A DNA stretch of 64,000 bases from Alphaproteobacteria bacterium (GCA_963665325.3 CAXXWS020000004.1:192001-256000), one strand, 5' to 3'; positions 53,161 to 63,384 are shown, counted from the first letter of the stretch. Numbers and translations are program-made. The notes: generated by a model from the letters alone, not told the origin.

Positions 53161-53490
53161 ATGACGAGGGACAGGGAGGACCGGCGGCGCCAGCACGCCA
53201 TTACAGTGACCGACAGCGAGTGGCTCCGGCTGAAGACGCGGGCGAAGGAGGCGGGCATGCCGGTCTCGCGCTTCATCGTCCACCGGCTGGTGGAGGCGGA
53301 CCCGGGCCCGCCGCCGGACCGGGGGCCGGGCGGGCTGCCGGCGCAGATCTGGCGGCAGGTGGCGCGTGAGGTGCTGCTGCTCGGCCGCATCGAAGAACAG
53401 CGTATGGCCGGCCAGCATGTGTCGGAGGAGCGCGCGGCGCTGGCGGCCGAAGTGGACGCCTGGCTGGACCGGCAGGAGGAACTGGCATGA
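53161..53490 (+). CDS. MobC-like ribbon-helix-helix protein 1
   Basis: ITVTDSEWLRLKTRAKEAGMPVSRFIV. Confidence 0.75.
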   Translation: MTRDREDRRRQHAITVTDSEWLRLKTRAKEAGMPVSRFIVHRLVEADPGPPPDRGPGGLPAQIWRQVAREVLLLGRIEEQRMAGQHVSEERAALAAEVDAWLDRQEELA

Positions 53491-53807
53491 AGCAGGCGAA
53501 GTCGCGCTGCCTCTATCCGACGCCGGCGGAGTGGTCGCGCATCCAGGCGCGGGCGAAGACGGCGGGCATGAAGGTCTCGCCGTTCCTGGTCGCCTGCGCG
53601 CTGAAGAGCGATGCGGAGCCCCGTACGGGACAGGCTCTCGTGCTGACGGGGGAGGAACAGCGGGAACTCCACGACCGGGTAGCGCGGCTCGACCTTTGCA
53701 GCCGGACCATGCTGGCGCCGCTGCCGGGCATGGACATGTCCGCCTTCGAGGCGGTCGCGCTCCTCTGCCGACTGCTGGCGTCCGAAGAACCGGGAGAGGC
53801 GGCATGA
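53487..53807 (+). CDS. MobC-like ribbon-helix-helix protein 2
   Basis: LYPTPAEWSRIQARAKTAGMKVSPFLV; ATGA overlap. Confidence 0.75.
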   Translation: MKQAKSRCLYPTPAEWSRIQARAKTAGMKVSPFLVACALKSDAEPRTGQALVLTGEEQRELHDRVARLDLCSRTMLAPLPGMDMSAFEAVALLCRLLASEEPGEAA

Positions 53808-54256
53808 GGCGTCCGCGCTCCGGGCCGAAGAAGATCGTGCGCTCCTTCTCCTGCACCGACTGGCAGAGGGAGGAAATCGGCAAGCGCGCGGCGGAAGCCG
53901 GCATGAACCTCTCGCCCTTCGTCATCGAGCGCGGCCTGACGGTCGACCTCGATGCTGCCGAAGACGAGGCTGCCTCGCCGCCCTCCCTCATCCTCGGACA
54001 GGAAGAACAGCGGCAACTGCACGACCGCGTTGCGGGCATCGCCGAGCGGTGGCTGGGTCCGGCCCCGCCCGATCCGGCGGGCATGGCGGAACTGCCGGCG
54101 GTGCTCGGCGTGCTGCTCGAACGGCTCATGACCGACATGATCGAGATGGGCCAGGAAGAGCGGATGCGCGGCCTGCTCCGGGACGCCTTCGGCGAGGCCC
54201 GGGGTTCGGAGCTCGCCCGGCAATACGCCGCAAAGGCGCGCCGGCCGGACAGCTGA
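53804..54256 (+). CDS. MobC-like ribbon-helix-helix protein 3
   Basis: FSCTDWQREEIGKRAAEAGMNLSPFVI; ATGA overlap. Confidence 0.75.
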   Translation: MRRPRSGPKKIVRSFSCTDWQREEIGKRAAEAGMNLSPFVIERGLTVDLDAAEDEAASPPSLILGQEEQRQLHDRVAGIAERWLGPAPPDPAGMAELPAVLGVLLERLMTDMIEMGQEERMRGLLRDAFGEARGSELARQYAAKARRPDS

Positions 54257-54259
54257 CCC

Positions 54260-57200
54260 TCAGGGCGTCATGCCGCCGCCGATATCGCGGCTGCGGTCCC
54301 GTCGACGGGCCGCATCGTCGATGCCGACCTGCCGTTCGAGCCTCTTGCGGGCGCCGGGGTCCAGTTCCGGGCGCGTCAGCAGACGCCGGGCCTCCCCGGC
54401 GACCCTTCTCAGTTCGGGGCCGCCCAGATCGTAGCGGGCGAGCTTCGGGGCGATCTTGCCGTAAGCCGTGTCGGTCTCCAGCGCCTGCGAGAGCCTCTTC
54501 CCGTCCCGTCCGATGGCCTCGCGCGCGCCCTCGATACGGTCCAGGTGAACGGCATACCGCTCCTCTCCGAGAATCCGCTCTGCCGTCCTGCAGAGCTGCC
54601 GCGCCACCTCCGACCAGATCCGGTAGCTCGCCCCGTCCTCCGTCAGGCTCCTGCCGCGCGGCGCGGTGACGTCCGACAGCTGCTCACGCGCCTCCAGGGC
54701 GGAGCCGAGGTCCCGGACGAGGCCCTCCACCTCCGAGCGTGCCGCCGCCTCCCTGTCATGCTCCGCGACCAGCCGGCCGAGGAGCGCGCGCGTGTCCCCG
54801 TTCAGCTCCGGCTCCATCGCCATCAGCCGCATGCGCAGCACGACCTCCTCATTGCCCTCGCGGTAGAAGAGCGGCGTACCGGTCTCCCGACGCATGACCT
54901 CCCGCCTCTCCAGCAGGCAGGCCGCAAGGCGCCTGTCCAGCCAGACCGCGTCCGTCAGCAACCTGCGGTCCGCCGCAATGCCGTCGCGCAGGTCCGGCAG
55001 AGCGCCGGCATGGCCGAACGAGCCGTCTGCATCCAGAAGGTCCCGCGCCTCGTCCAGCAGGCGGCCCGCCTCCTCACGCCAGGTCTCAAGTCGCGAATCG
55101 AGCGAATATGTCGCCCTGAGTTCCCCGGTCCTCTCGATCAGGCGCTGGCGCTTCTCCACGCAGTCGCGGAGCCTCTTTGCGAGCGGCCTGAACCTGTCTT
55201 CCGCGGCGGCGATGCCGCGTCCCTCCGCGACAATGGCGGCAAGGCCCGTGCGCAGGGCGGCGTCCATGTGCGGCAGTTCCGGCACCGTTTCAATGCGGCT
55301 GAGCACGTCCTCGCGGCCGTCTTCGTGGAACCAGTGCGTTCCGGCCTCCCTCGCGCGCCCGTCCAGCGCCCTCCAGTCATCCAGGATGGGGAGCACGGCC
55401 TTGTCCGCTTCGAGGATGCCCTTCAGCTTCTCGCAAGCTTCTGCGATGCCGTCGCGAATCGCCGGCAAGGCGTTGAGATGCGGCCGGTAGCGTTCCTCCT
55501 CTCCGGCGATCCCGTCCGCCTCGGCCCGGAGCTTCAGCTCCCCCGCGCACCAGAGCTCGTAGTCGCGCCCGCGGTCGCCGGTCCTGTCGGTAAGGCCGGT
55601 CCGCCCGGCGATTTCGGCCTCGAGTTTCTCATGCAGCCGGTCGAGGGCGGCGCGGGCCGCGGCTGCCGCTTCGTGCGTCTCGGCCGCGCGTTTCGCCTCG
55701 GCGGCGATACCTGCCGATATGCCGGGGGCGCGGCCAAGCTCGGCAAGCCGTTCGACCGCCTCCGCGCATCCCTCCATATAATACGGGATCGTGCCCTGCT
55801 GCCGCGCCTCCTCCTCCAGCGCGCGCCAGGCGGAAAGCTCCGGCCACACCGCCTCGTGCTCCGGGATAGGCAAGGGCACAGGCGGGGCGATCTCCTCGCC
55901 CACCGCCTCCAGCGCCGTCATCGGCAGGCCCGCATGTTCCTCCAGCGCCTCGACAAGGTCCTCGCGGTTGTCGGTCAGCACCACCGCATTGTCGCGCGCC
56001 CGGCTGATCCCGACATAGAACGCCGCCCGGTCCACAGGCGCGTCATGGCCCGAGTCCAGCACTGCGATGACATTGTCGCGGGTCGTGCCCTGCGCCGCAT
56101 GCAGGGTCGCGCTCCAGGCATGGTCGACATGGCGCAGCTGCGGATCGTCCCGGCGCAGTGACAGGGTGAGGCCGTCATCCGTCTCCAGCTTCACGAACCG
56201 GTAGCCAATGGAGAGGATCTCCGCCTCGTCGCCATTGACCAGGCCGCGCTTCCCGTCATTGCGCGTCCACCGGATGCGGTCGCCCGCCTGAAGGCGGATC
56301 GGGCGCGTCTCGTAGACTTCGTAGCGGTAGCGGATCGGGTCCGAGGGATCGATCCGGCGCGGCCGCCCGTCGGGATGATGCAGCGATACCTGTCCACGAT
56401 CGGTTTCCGTCACCGTGCAGGCATCGTCCGTCTTCACCCGGAACTGATAAATGTCGTTGTGGAAGACCAGCACGTCGCCGGGGCGGTAGCTGGCGATATC
56501 GGCCTTCTGCGCGCGCGTGAGCCCTAGGCCGACCAGCCGCTCGATCTCCAGAACCCGCCCGTGCAGCACGCCCTCGTCGCGAAGCCCCTCGCGCACCGCC
56601 TCGTTGATGTCCTCCCTGAGCGCATGGGTCGGCGCCAGGATCGCCGTCCGGGCGCGCGCCTCGGGATGGAGCGAGAGCCAGAGCCGGGCCGCCGCCTCGC
56701 CGAGCTCGTCCGCTTCCGCCTCGTGGACATTGTCGCCGAGGCGGCCCATGGCCTCGGCAGGCTCCCCCTCCCGTATGGCCACGACCGCTTCGTGCAGGTC
56801 CGGGTCGCGCTGGCGCAGGATCTCGTCCATGCGCGCCGTCGCCATGCCCGCCTGCTGAAGTTGCCGGAAGGGCTGACCGGCCTCGACCGAACGCAGCTGC
56901 CCGCTGTCGCCGACAAGTGCCAGGCGCGCGATCCCGATCCGCTCGGCAATGCGCATCGTCTGGCGCATCTGCGCCGCGCTCACCATGGACGCCTCGTCCA
57001 CCACCAGCACCGCACCGCCGAACGCGAGCCGCGCCTCGGCCAGCCGCTCCGGGCTCGCCATCCGGTCGCCGATATCCCGGTGGCGCGCCAGGAACCATTG
57101 CAGCGTCCGCGCCGGAATGCCCGCCTCCCGCTCCAGCGCCCGCACCGCCGCCTTCGACGGCGCGAGACCCACCACCTTTCGCTCGCCCGCGAGTCGCGCC

Positions 57201-58588
57201 ATTTCGCGCAGCATGGTCGTCTTGCCCGTGCCCGCATGGCCCTGCACGCCCACCACACGGTCGCACGACAGCAGGATCGTGCGCACCGCCTCGCGCTGGC
57301 CTTCCGTCAGCAGGCCGGCCGCCAGTTCCGTCTCCACCGCCGCCCCGTCCGCCGCCGCCTGCCCGGCGCCGGCGCCGTCGCGCATCCAGCCGATATTGCC
57401 GCGCTCGGCCCTGAGCGCCCGGTCGGTGACGAAGGCCCGGTCCGCCCCGCGCAGTACCGCTTCAACCAGATGACCGTCACGGCGCAATGCTTCGATCGCC
57501 GCTTCCGCCTCCTCGACCGAATACCGCCCGGGCGCCTGGCCGAGCGCATGCGCCGCAATGTCGCCCGCCGCGAATACCGACGACCGCTCCTCCAGATGTT
57601 CCACCGCCCGCCAGACCGCTTCAAGCACCGGCAGAACGGGGCGCGCGTCTGCCTGCCGCCTGTCCCGCCGCTCGCGCCTTGCCCGTGCTGCCGCCTCGCG
57701 GGGCAGCAGGCCGGCCTCGCGGGCACGCCGCCGCCATATCCGCCGCAGCAGATGCATGGCCGGCTCCGCCTTGCGCCGCCGCGTGAAGAGCGCCGCCTGC
57801 TGCGCCCTGGCCGCGCTGTAGGGGCCGCCCCGTTTCTTTATGTCCTCAAGGATGTCGCGGCGCCGGGTCGAGAACGCGTCGCGCATTTCCCGGTCATAGC
57901 CCGCAAGCTCGAAGCCCGGCACCGGCCCGATCATCGTCGGCACGGTCTCGTAGCCCATCTCCTGAAGCCGCCGCGCCAGCTCGTTGCGGTAATGCGCCCC
58001 GATCAGCTTCCTGTTGCGCCGGATCGCCGTCGCCTCGATGCTCCGCCACTCCCCGGCGCCGTTCCGGGTCATGTTCGCCACCACGCAATGCGTGTGCAGC
58101 TGCGGGTCCAGGTTGCGGCTCGCCAGATGCCGGAAGGTCGCCGCCACCATGCCGTGCGCCTTCACGCGCGGGCGGCGCCGCGTTGCGGGGTCCCAGCCCC
58201 GCGTCTTCAACAGCTCCGCCTCCACCCGGTCCAGCGCCGCCCGCACCGCCTTGTCATGCGCGCGGATCACTCGCTTGTCGCCGTGCAGCAGAGCCGCCAG
58301 CGACACCGACTTCGGTGCCGACAGCGTGACGTCCAATCCCGGACGGTGCTGGTGCCCGCCGTCGCGCATGCGGCCGAGGCGCAGCCCCGTCCCCGGCACA
58401 TGGCCCTCAAGGATCGCATTGAAGCGCTTCGGCGACACGTGCCGCCCCAGGCCCAGCGCCTGCGCCGCCTCCCCGTGCCAGAAGCTCGCCTTGCGGTGCT
58501 CCGGGTCCCCCTTCGCGTAGTAGCCGTCCTGCTCGAAATAGTGGACCGTCGAACTCGCCGAGCCGATATTCGTCACCGTCGCGACCAT
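54260..58588 (-). CDS. MOBF (TrwC/TraI-type) relaxase-helicase with repeated C-terminal extension
   Basis: YFEQDGYY, RPGLDVTLSAPKSVS, HLASRNLDPQLHTH, FSTRR, Walker A GHAGTGKTT, VVDEAS, AQGTT, YVGISRAR. Confidence 0.95.
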   Translation of the reverse strand: MVATVTNIGSASSTVHYFEQDGYYAKGDPEHRKASFWHGEAAQALGLGRHVSPKRFNAILEGHVPGTGLRLGRMRDGGHQHRPGLDVTLSAPKSVSLAALLHGDKRVIRAHDKAVRAALDRVEAELLKTRGWDPATRRRPRVKAHGMVAATFRHLASRNLDPQLHTHCVVANMTRNGAGEWRSIEATAIRRNRKLIGAHYRNELARRLQEMGYETVPTMIGPVPGFELAGYDREMRDAFSTRRRDILEDIKKRGGPYSAARAQQAALFTRRRKAEPAMHLLRRIWRRRAREAGLLPREAAARARRERRDRRQADARPVLPVLEAVWRAVEHLEERSSVFAAGDIAAHALGQAPGRYSVEEAEAAIEALRRDGHLVEAVLRGADRAFVTDRALRAERGNIGWMRDGAGAGQAAADGAAVETELAAGLLTEGQREAVRTILLSCDRVVGVQGHAGTGKTTMLREMARLAGERKVVGLAPSKAAVRALEREAGIPARTLQWFLARHRDIGDRMASPERLAEARLAFGGAVLVVDEASMVSAAQMRQTMRIAERIGIARLALVGDSGQLRSVEAGQPFRQLQQAGMATARMDEILRQRDPDLHEAVVAIREGEPAEAMGRLGDNVHEAEADELGEAAARLWLSLHPEARARTAILAPTHALREDINEAVREGLRDEGVLHGRVLEIERLVGLGLTRAQKADIASYRPGDVLVFHNDIYQFRVKTDDACTVTETDRGQVSLHHPDGRPRRIDPSDPIRYRYEVYETRPIRLQAGDRIRWTRNDGKRGLVNGDEAEILSIGYRFVKLETDDGLTLSLRRDDPQLRHVDHAWSATLHAAQGTTRDNVIAVLDSGHDAPVDRAAFYVGISRARDNAVVLTDNREDLVEALEEHAGLPMTALEAVGEEIAPPVPLPIPEHEAVWPELSAWRALEEEARQQGTIPYYMEGCAEAVERLAELGRAPGISAGIAAEAKRAAETHEAAAAARAALDRLHEKLEAEIAGRTGLTDRTGDRGRDYELWCAGELKLRAEADGIAGEEERYRPHLNALPAIRDGIAEACEKLKGILEADKAVLPILDDWRALDGRAREAGTHWFHEDGREDVLSRIETVPELPHMDAALRTGLAAIVAEGRGIAAAEDRFRPLAKRLRDCVEKRQRLIERTGELRATYSLDSRLETWREEAGRLLDEARDLLDADGSFGHAGALPDLRDGIAADRRLLTDAVWLDRRLAACLLERREVMRRETGTPLFYREGNEEVVLRMRLMAMEPELNGDTRALLGRLVAEHDREAAARSEVEGLVRDLGSALEAREQLSDVTAPRGRSLTEDGASYRIWSEVARQLCRTAERILGEERYAVHLDRIEGAREAIGRDGKRLSQALETDTAYGKIAPKLARYDLGGPELRRVAGEARRLLTRPELDPGARKRLERQVGIDDAARRRDRSRDIGGGMTP

Positions 58589-58807
58589 GAAGGCAGTCTA
58601 GCTGCACGGGCCGCGAAATAGCACATCGCCGCATGCGAATTCGCAGCCAGGCGACAACCGGTTGCCCTTCCAGCGCCGGCAGGACCATAATCACTCCTGC
58701 AATCGTCCATGAGGCTTCCCGCTCTGTCGGGTCGCCCGCTTCATGATTCCGATCCTTCAAACGAGTCCCGTCCGGCTACAACGCTACTCTCGACAAGTGA
58801 GTCCACG

Positions 58808-60400
58808 ATGAACGCGCTCAAGAGGCTCCCCTTTGCCGCCGTCGCTCTTGCCGTAGCCGCGTGCGGAGGTGGGGGAAGCGGATCGGGGCCGCAAACGGCG
58901 GTTCGCGTCGAGCCGCCGCCTCCCTCGAAACCCGTTGTCCAGCCTCAGGGGAATTCCAATACGCGGTTTGGCACGACCAAGCGAGACTACTATCCGCTGA
59001 ACGCCAGGTTTCAGAAGATCAGGAAACCGACTCGACAGGAATACAATCGAGAATTCTACGAAGCTGCATTGGTAGAATATGAGGCCGGAACATGCTGTTG
59101 GGAAATGGCAGAAGGAAGCTCCGATATTGCCTCGCGCGAAGAAGTCCTGTCTATGCTGCGAGAAAACATCTATTCCTTTGAGAACCTTGTTAGAAAGGAC
59201 GCCGATCCCGATACTCCTCCCGGAATAGTGGCTTCCATCAAGGGACACAGTTCGCCTCCGGAAGTTCGCATTGTTTCCGGGTCCGAGCCAAAGGCTGCAC
59301 TCACAAGGGCCGTTGACAACATCAATGCTTGGCTCCCGTACAGATTGCATATCACCGTCGGAAACGACATATCCGCGAGCGCCGATCCCGGCACAAATGT
59401 TATCAGAGCAAACTTGAACCAAGTCCGTGATGATGAATTTGACGGGGATGGTGGATTTTACGAAATAAACATCACTGAAAAACACAATGAAAATGTGAGT
59501 CTTATACAGCATGAGCTATTGCACGCTTTGGGGATGAGTGGAGGCAGGTCTTGCTACGAAACATTCGGGGCAGATTGCGACACCGCGAGCCTTTCTGGCC
59601 CACAGAATGCCTATAGTCATGTGCCGATCTCTGAGTTCCCCGAAAGCACTATGTCCTATGTATCTCCCTATGATGATGAACACGGTTTGTCGCAGATAGA
59701 TGGCGAGACGATACAGACTATCTATACCAGACTTCACACCAAGCGAGAAACTTATTTGGAACGACCGGGAGCATTTTATATTGAAGACGAGACCATATCT
59801 GCGGAAGATTTGGGGCCGTGGGACGACTCGGTAATCCGCTACAGTGGAAGTTTTGACCGGCCCATCGACACAGATTTTCACGCTCGCGGCCACTCTGTCC
59901 ATGGAGGTGGCAGGGTATTCTGGCATAGTTCCGGCAGCGACCCGCTTTCAATGAGCGCGGCGTTCGGCGTTGATTGGCGCAATGGTATTGCAAGGCCGTG
60001 GACAGTCGGGCAACCGCCGGAGGCAACCTTTGCTGATTCGGGTCTTGTAGGGAATGCGGCCTGGCGCGGTGAGCTTGTGGGCTTCACGCCGATCAGGGAA
60101 GCCGTTTATGGCAACAGCGCGATCTCGGTGAACTTGGCGACAATGGCGGGCAGTGCGGCATTCACCGCACTTGAGCACTGGAATGCCGGTGCAGCGCCAG
60201 GCGAGCCGGGAACGGGAATGCAGTGGAACGATGGCGACTTGCATTACTCCATCGGCTTGGGCGGGAATTACCTTCGCAGCAATGGAGGCGACGAGGGTTA
60301 TGTCTCCGGGCGCTTCGTTGGTGGCAGGCACGAAGGGGCGGTTGGAATTCTGGAGCGCCCTGATTTGACGGCCGCGTTCGGTGCCTCCCGGAAAGAGTAG
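58808..60400 (+). CDS. Surface lipoprotein with zinc-metallopeptidase motif and C-terminal TbpB-like beta-barrel
   Basis: Lipobox VAAC followed by GGGGSG; HELLHALG and STMSY (Met-turn-like); C-terminal A.WRGELVG...V.L....G...FT...GRFVG.RHE.AVG......AAFGASR. Confidence 0.7.
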   Translation: MNALKRLPFAAVALAVAACGGGGSGSGPQTAVRVEPPPPSKPVVQPQGNSNTRFGTTKRDYYPLNARFQKIRKPTRQEYNREFYEAALVEYEAGTCCWEMAEGSSDIASREEVLSMLRENIYSFENLVRKDADPDTPPGIVASIKGHSSPPEVRIVSGSEPKAALTRAVDNINAWLPYRLHITVGNDISASADPGTNVIRANLNQVRDDEFDGDGGFYEINITEKHNENVSLIQHELLHALGMSGGRSCYETFGADCDTASLSGPQNAYSHVPISEFPESTMSYVSPYDDEHGLSQIDGETIQTIYTRLHTKRETYLERPGAFYIEDETISAEDLGPWDDSVIRYSGSFDRPIDTDFHARGHSVHGGGRVFWHSSGSDPLSMSAAFGVDWRNGIARPWTVGQPPEATFADSGLVGNAAWRGELVGFTPIREAVYGNSAISVNLATMAGSAAFTALEHWNAGAAPGEPGTGMQWNDGDLHYSIGLGGNYLRSNGGDEGYVSGRFVGGRHEGAVGILERPDLTAAFGASRKE

Positions 60401-60521
60401 GGTCATGGCCAGAGACAGCGGTCGAGGCACGTCCGCCTGCGGTCTCTGCCCCGTCACTGCCTCATCTGGACCGTCGCCGAACCTCTCCTTGATCGTCGCG
60501 CCGCAACTGCCACAGCGCTAG

Positions 60522-62591
60522 CCCAAGTTTAACGTTTTGGTGGCCGATTTTGTCGAGGTTGGCCGGCGCGGTGTCATCAAGCCATTGATATTGCTGGATT
60601 GAGGTTTCCGGGGGCGCAATGTAGTGCCATAATATTTTCACTTGGGGATTTCGAGACCTTGCGCCCGCTCCTATGCTGTGCGCCATGTTCATTCGCCGCA
60701 CCAGGACCGGAACCGGCGAGCGCGGCGAGGTCTATTATTCCCATCGCCTTGTTCGCTCGGAGCGCGACGGCGGGAAGATCCGCCAGCGCACCCTGCTCAA
60801 CCTGGGGAGCGACTTCCCTGTCGAGCGGCGGCACTGGGCGGTGCTGTGCAGCCGGATCCAGCAGCAGCTCGACCGCCAGGCCGAGCTGGTTTCGCTGTCC
60901 TGTCCGGAGGAGGTCGAGCGGCACGCCCAGCGCATCGCCGCGCAATTGCTCAACAGCGCGCCGTCCGGCGGGACCGGGCGCCCTGACCTGCAGACGGTGG
61001 ATGTCGGCTCCCTGGAGCTGATCCGCCCGCGTTCGGTCGGCGTCGAGCATGTCGGGCTGTGGGCCATGGAGCGGCTCGGCCTGGAGGCTTTGCTGGAGCG
61101 CCTGGGCTTCAACGGCACGCAGCGCGCGCTCGCCATGGCCACCGTGATCGCGCGCATGGCGGCGCCGGGCTCGGAGCGCGCCTCCTGGCGCTGGCTGTGC
61201 GAGCGTTCGGCGCTCGGCGAGTTGCTGGGGGTGGACTTCGAGCGCATGAGCATGATGCGCCTGTACCGCGCCTCCGACGCCCTGATGGCGCAGCGCGCGG
61301 CGATCGAGGCGCATCTGTTCGATCGGGCGACGGATCTGTTCGGCCTGCGCCACACGGTGACGCTGTACGACCTGACCAACACCTTCTTCGAGGGCGCGGC
61401 GGCGGCCCAGGCCAAGGCCGAACGCGGCCATTCCAAGGAGAAGCGCTCGGATTGCCCGCTCTTGACCCTGGGGCTGGTGCTCGACGGCTCGGGCTTCGTG
61501 CGCCGCTCCGAGGTGTTCTCGGGCGCGGTCAACGAAGACAGGACCCTGGCGTCGATGCTCGGCGCCCTGGGCGCGCCGGCGGACGCGCTGGTGGTGATGG
61601 ATGCGGGGATCGCCACCGAGGCCAACATCGCCTGGCTGCGCGCGAACGGCTACCGCTATCTCGCGGTCAGCCGGGAACGCACCCGCCGCTTCGATCCCGA
61701 GCTGGCGCTGGCCATCGAGACCCGGTCGCGCCAGACGGTCCATGTCCACAAGGCGGTCGACGCCGAAGCTGGAGAGGCGCGGCTCTACTGCTACTCCGAG
61801 GCGCGGGCGAAGAAGGAACAGGGCATCGCAAACCGCTTCGCCGCGCGCTTCGAGGGCGAGATGCAGAAGCTCCACGACGGCCTCAAGCGGCCGCGCACCC
61901 GCAAGCGGCTCGACCATGTCTGGCAGCGGATCGGCCGGATCAGGGAGAAGAGCCGCGGCGCCGCGGCCCACTACGACATCGACGTCATCGCCGACGAAAG
62001 CGGCGAGAAGGCCCGGGCCGTCACATGGGAGCGCCGCCCGCTCGCCGGCACCATGGCCACCCATCCCGGCGTTTACTGCCTGCGCACCAACGTCGAGGAC
62101 TGGGACGAGGAGGCGCTGTGGCGGACCTATACCTCGCTCACCGATGTGGAGGCGGTGTTCCGATCGCTCAAGTCGGAACTCGGCCTGCGCCCCATCTTCC
62201 ACCAGACCCAGAGGCGCTCCGACGGCCACCTGTTCATCACCGTGATCGCCTACCAGATGGTGCAGACCATCCGCCGGCGCCTCGCCGAGCACGGCGAACA
62301 CGCCAGCTGGGCCAGCCTGCGAGCCATCCTCGAAGGCCAGCAGCGGGTCACCGCGACCTTCAGGCGCAAGGACGGACGCACCTTGCATGTCCGCAAGGCC
62401 ACACGGGCCGAGCCCGAACAGCAAGAAATCTATCGCGCGCTCGGCATCGACCCCGCCCCTGGAGGCATCAGGAAAATGATCGTCTGATCCCGAACCGGGC
62501 GAAATAACCGAAATGTAGTGCCAGACGCGAAATTATTGCTCCGTAAGGCATTGATAATCAATGATCTTCAAAATGCTCTGTTAAACTTGGG
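60522..62591 (+). mobile_element. IS1634-like insertion sequence (2070 bp)
   Basis: Terminal IRs CCCAAGTTTAAC (60522-60533) and GTTAAACTTGGG (62580-62591), CTAG on both flanks (60518-60521, 62592-62595). Confidence 0.88.
60685..62487 (+). CDS. IS1634-family DDE transposase
   Basis: YDLTNTFFEG, RGHSKEKRSD, VVMDAG, VEAVFRSLKSELGLRPIFH. Confidence 0.92.
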   Translation: MFIRRTRTGTGERGEVYYSHRLVRSERDGGKIRQRTLLNLGSDFPVERRHWAVLCSRIQQQLDRQAELVSLSCPEEVERHAQRIAAQLLNSAPSGGTGRPDLQTVDVGSLELIRPRSVGVEHVGLWAMERLGLEALLERLGFNGTQRALAMATVIARMAAPGSERASWRWLCERSALGELLGVDFERMSMMRLYRASDALMAQRAAIEAHLFDRATDLFGLRHTVTLYDLTNTFFEGAAAAQAKAERGHSKEKRSDCPLLTLGLVLDGSGFVRRSEVFSGAVNEDRTLASMLGALGAPADALVVMDAGIATEANIAWLRANGYRYLAVSRERTRRFDPELALAIETRSRQTVHVHKAVDAEAGEARLYCYSEARAKKEQGIANRFAARFEGEMQKLHDGLKRPRTRKRLDHVWQRIGRIREKSRGAAAHYDIDVIADESGEKARAVTWERRPLAGTMATHPGVYCLRTNVEDWDEEALWRTYTSLTDVEAVFRSLKSELGLRPIFHQTQRRSDGHLFITVIAYQMVQTIRRRLAEHGEHASWASLRAILEGQQRVTATFRRKDGRTLHVRKATRAEPEQQEIYRALGIDPAPGGIRKMIV

Positions 62592-62599
62592 CTAGGCAT

Positions 62600-62690
62600 G
62601 TGGCCGCTCGGTTCGACACTGCAAGTAGCGAAAAGCTCGGTGCAGCCGGCCGCGTCTTCGAAGTACTGCAGTCGATGATGTTCCGGGCCG
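62600..62690 (+). pseudogene. Possible decayed integrase fragment next to the IS
   Basis: VAARFDTASSEKLGAAGRVFEVLQSMMFRA resembles the segment VQRWFRSLHATPAGANRSAPILSVIMQQA of the integrase at 389-1030. Confidence 0.35.
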
Positions 62691-63123
62691 CCGGCTCGCA
62701 ATATAGTCCCCCGTGCCGTCAGGCGGATTCGGTCGGCCGGGCGAACGGTGGCGCTTTCCCAGCGGGAGAGCGCGGTGTCGACCTGCGGGCCAAGGGGGCC
62801 GTCGACGCGACCAGAGCAAGACATAGCGGCGTGGCGGACGAACGACAGGGTGCTCTGCTTGTCGAGGCGGACACCGAGGACGTGGGCTCCGCCTGACAGA
62901 TCCCTTGGAAACGCCCGTGTTTCGGAACTACCAGAAAAGCCCGGTGGCGGAAGAACGCAGACACCGCCGTGTCGGCCGCCGCATGCTCCTTCACCCCCTC
63001 AACACCTTGCCGTGACGACTGTCGGCCGACAGGACGCCCCCACCGCCCTCCGCCGCCGGCTTGGCTGGCCAGAGATGGGTACGCATACCAATCTTCAGCG
63101 CGTGCCGAGTGAAGGAAGGCGAG

Positions 63124-63384
63124 ATGTCTCGACCCAACGCAGTTCTAACTATGGCGAGAGCCGCAGCCGAACGAAATGCCATTGATTTGCTCGCATATTC
63201 TAACACCATATTTCCTGATGGGGATAAAGATCTAGTTTCCGTCAAACTTATCGAAATCGGCGTGGCATTTACAGTCAATGCCCGTCGGTGCTTTGAAGTC
63301 GACGGCCAGCCTGTGGAAATAACGGCGAAGCGTTGGAATTACACTATGAATGAGATGCAAAATACGGCTACGTTATCGAGATGA
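63124..63384 (+). CDS. Hypothetical protein (low GC)
   Basis: ORF with purine-rich sequence upstream and AT-rich codons; no recognised motif. Confidence 0.4.
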   Translation: MSRPNAVLTMARAAAERNAIDLLAYSNTIFPDGDKDLVSVKLIEIGVAFTVNARRCFEVDGQPVEITAKRWNYTMNEMQNTATLSR

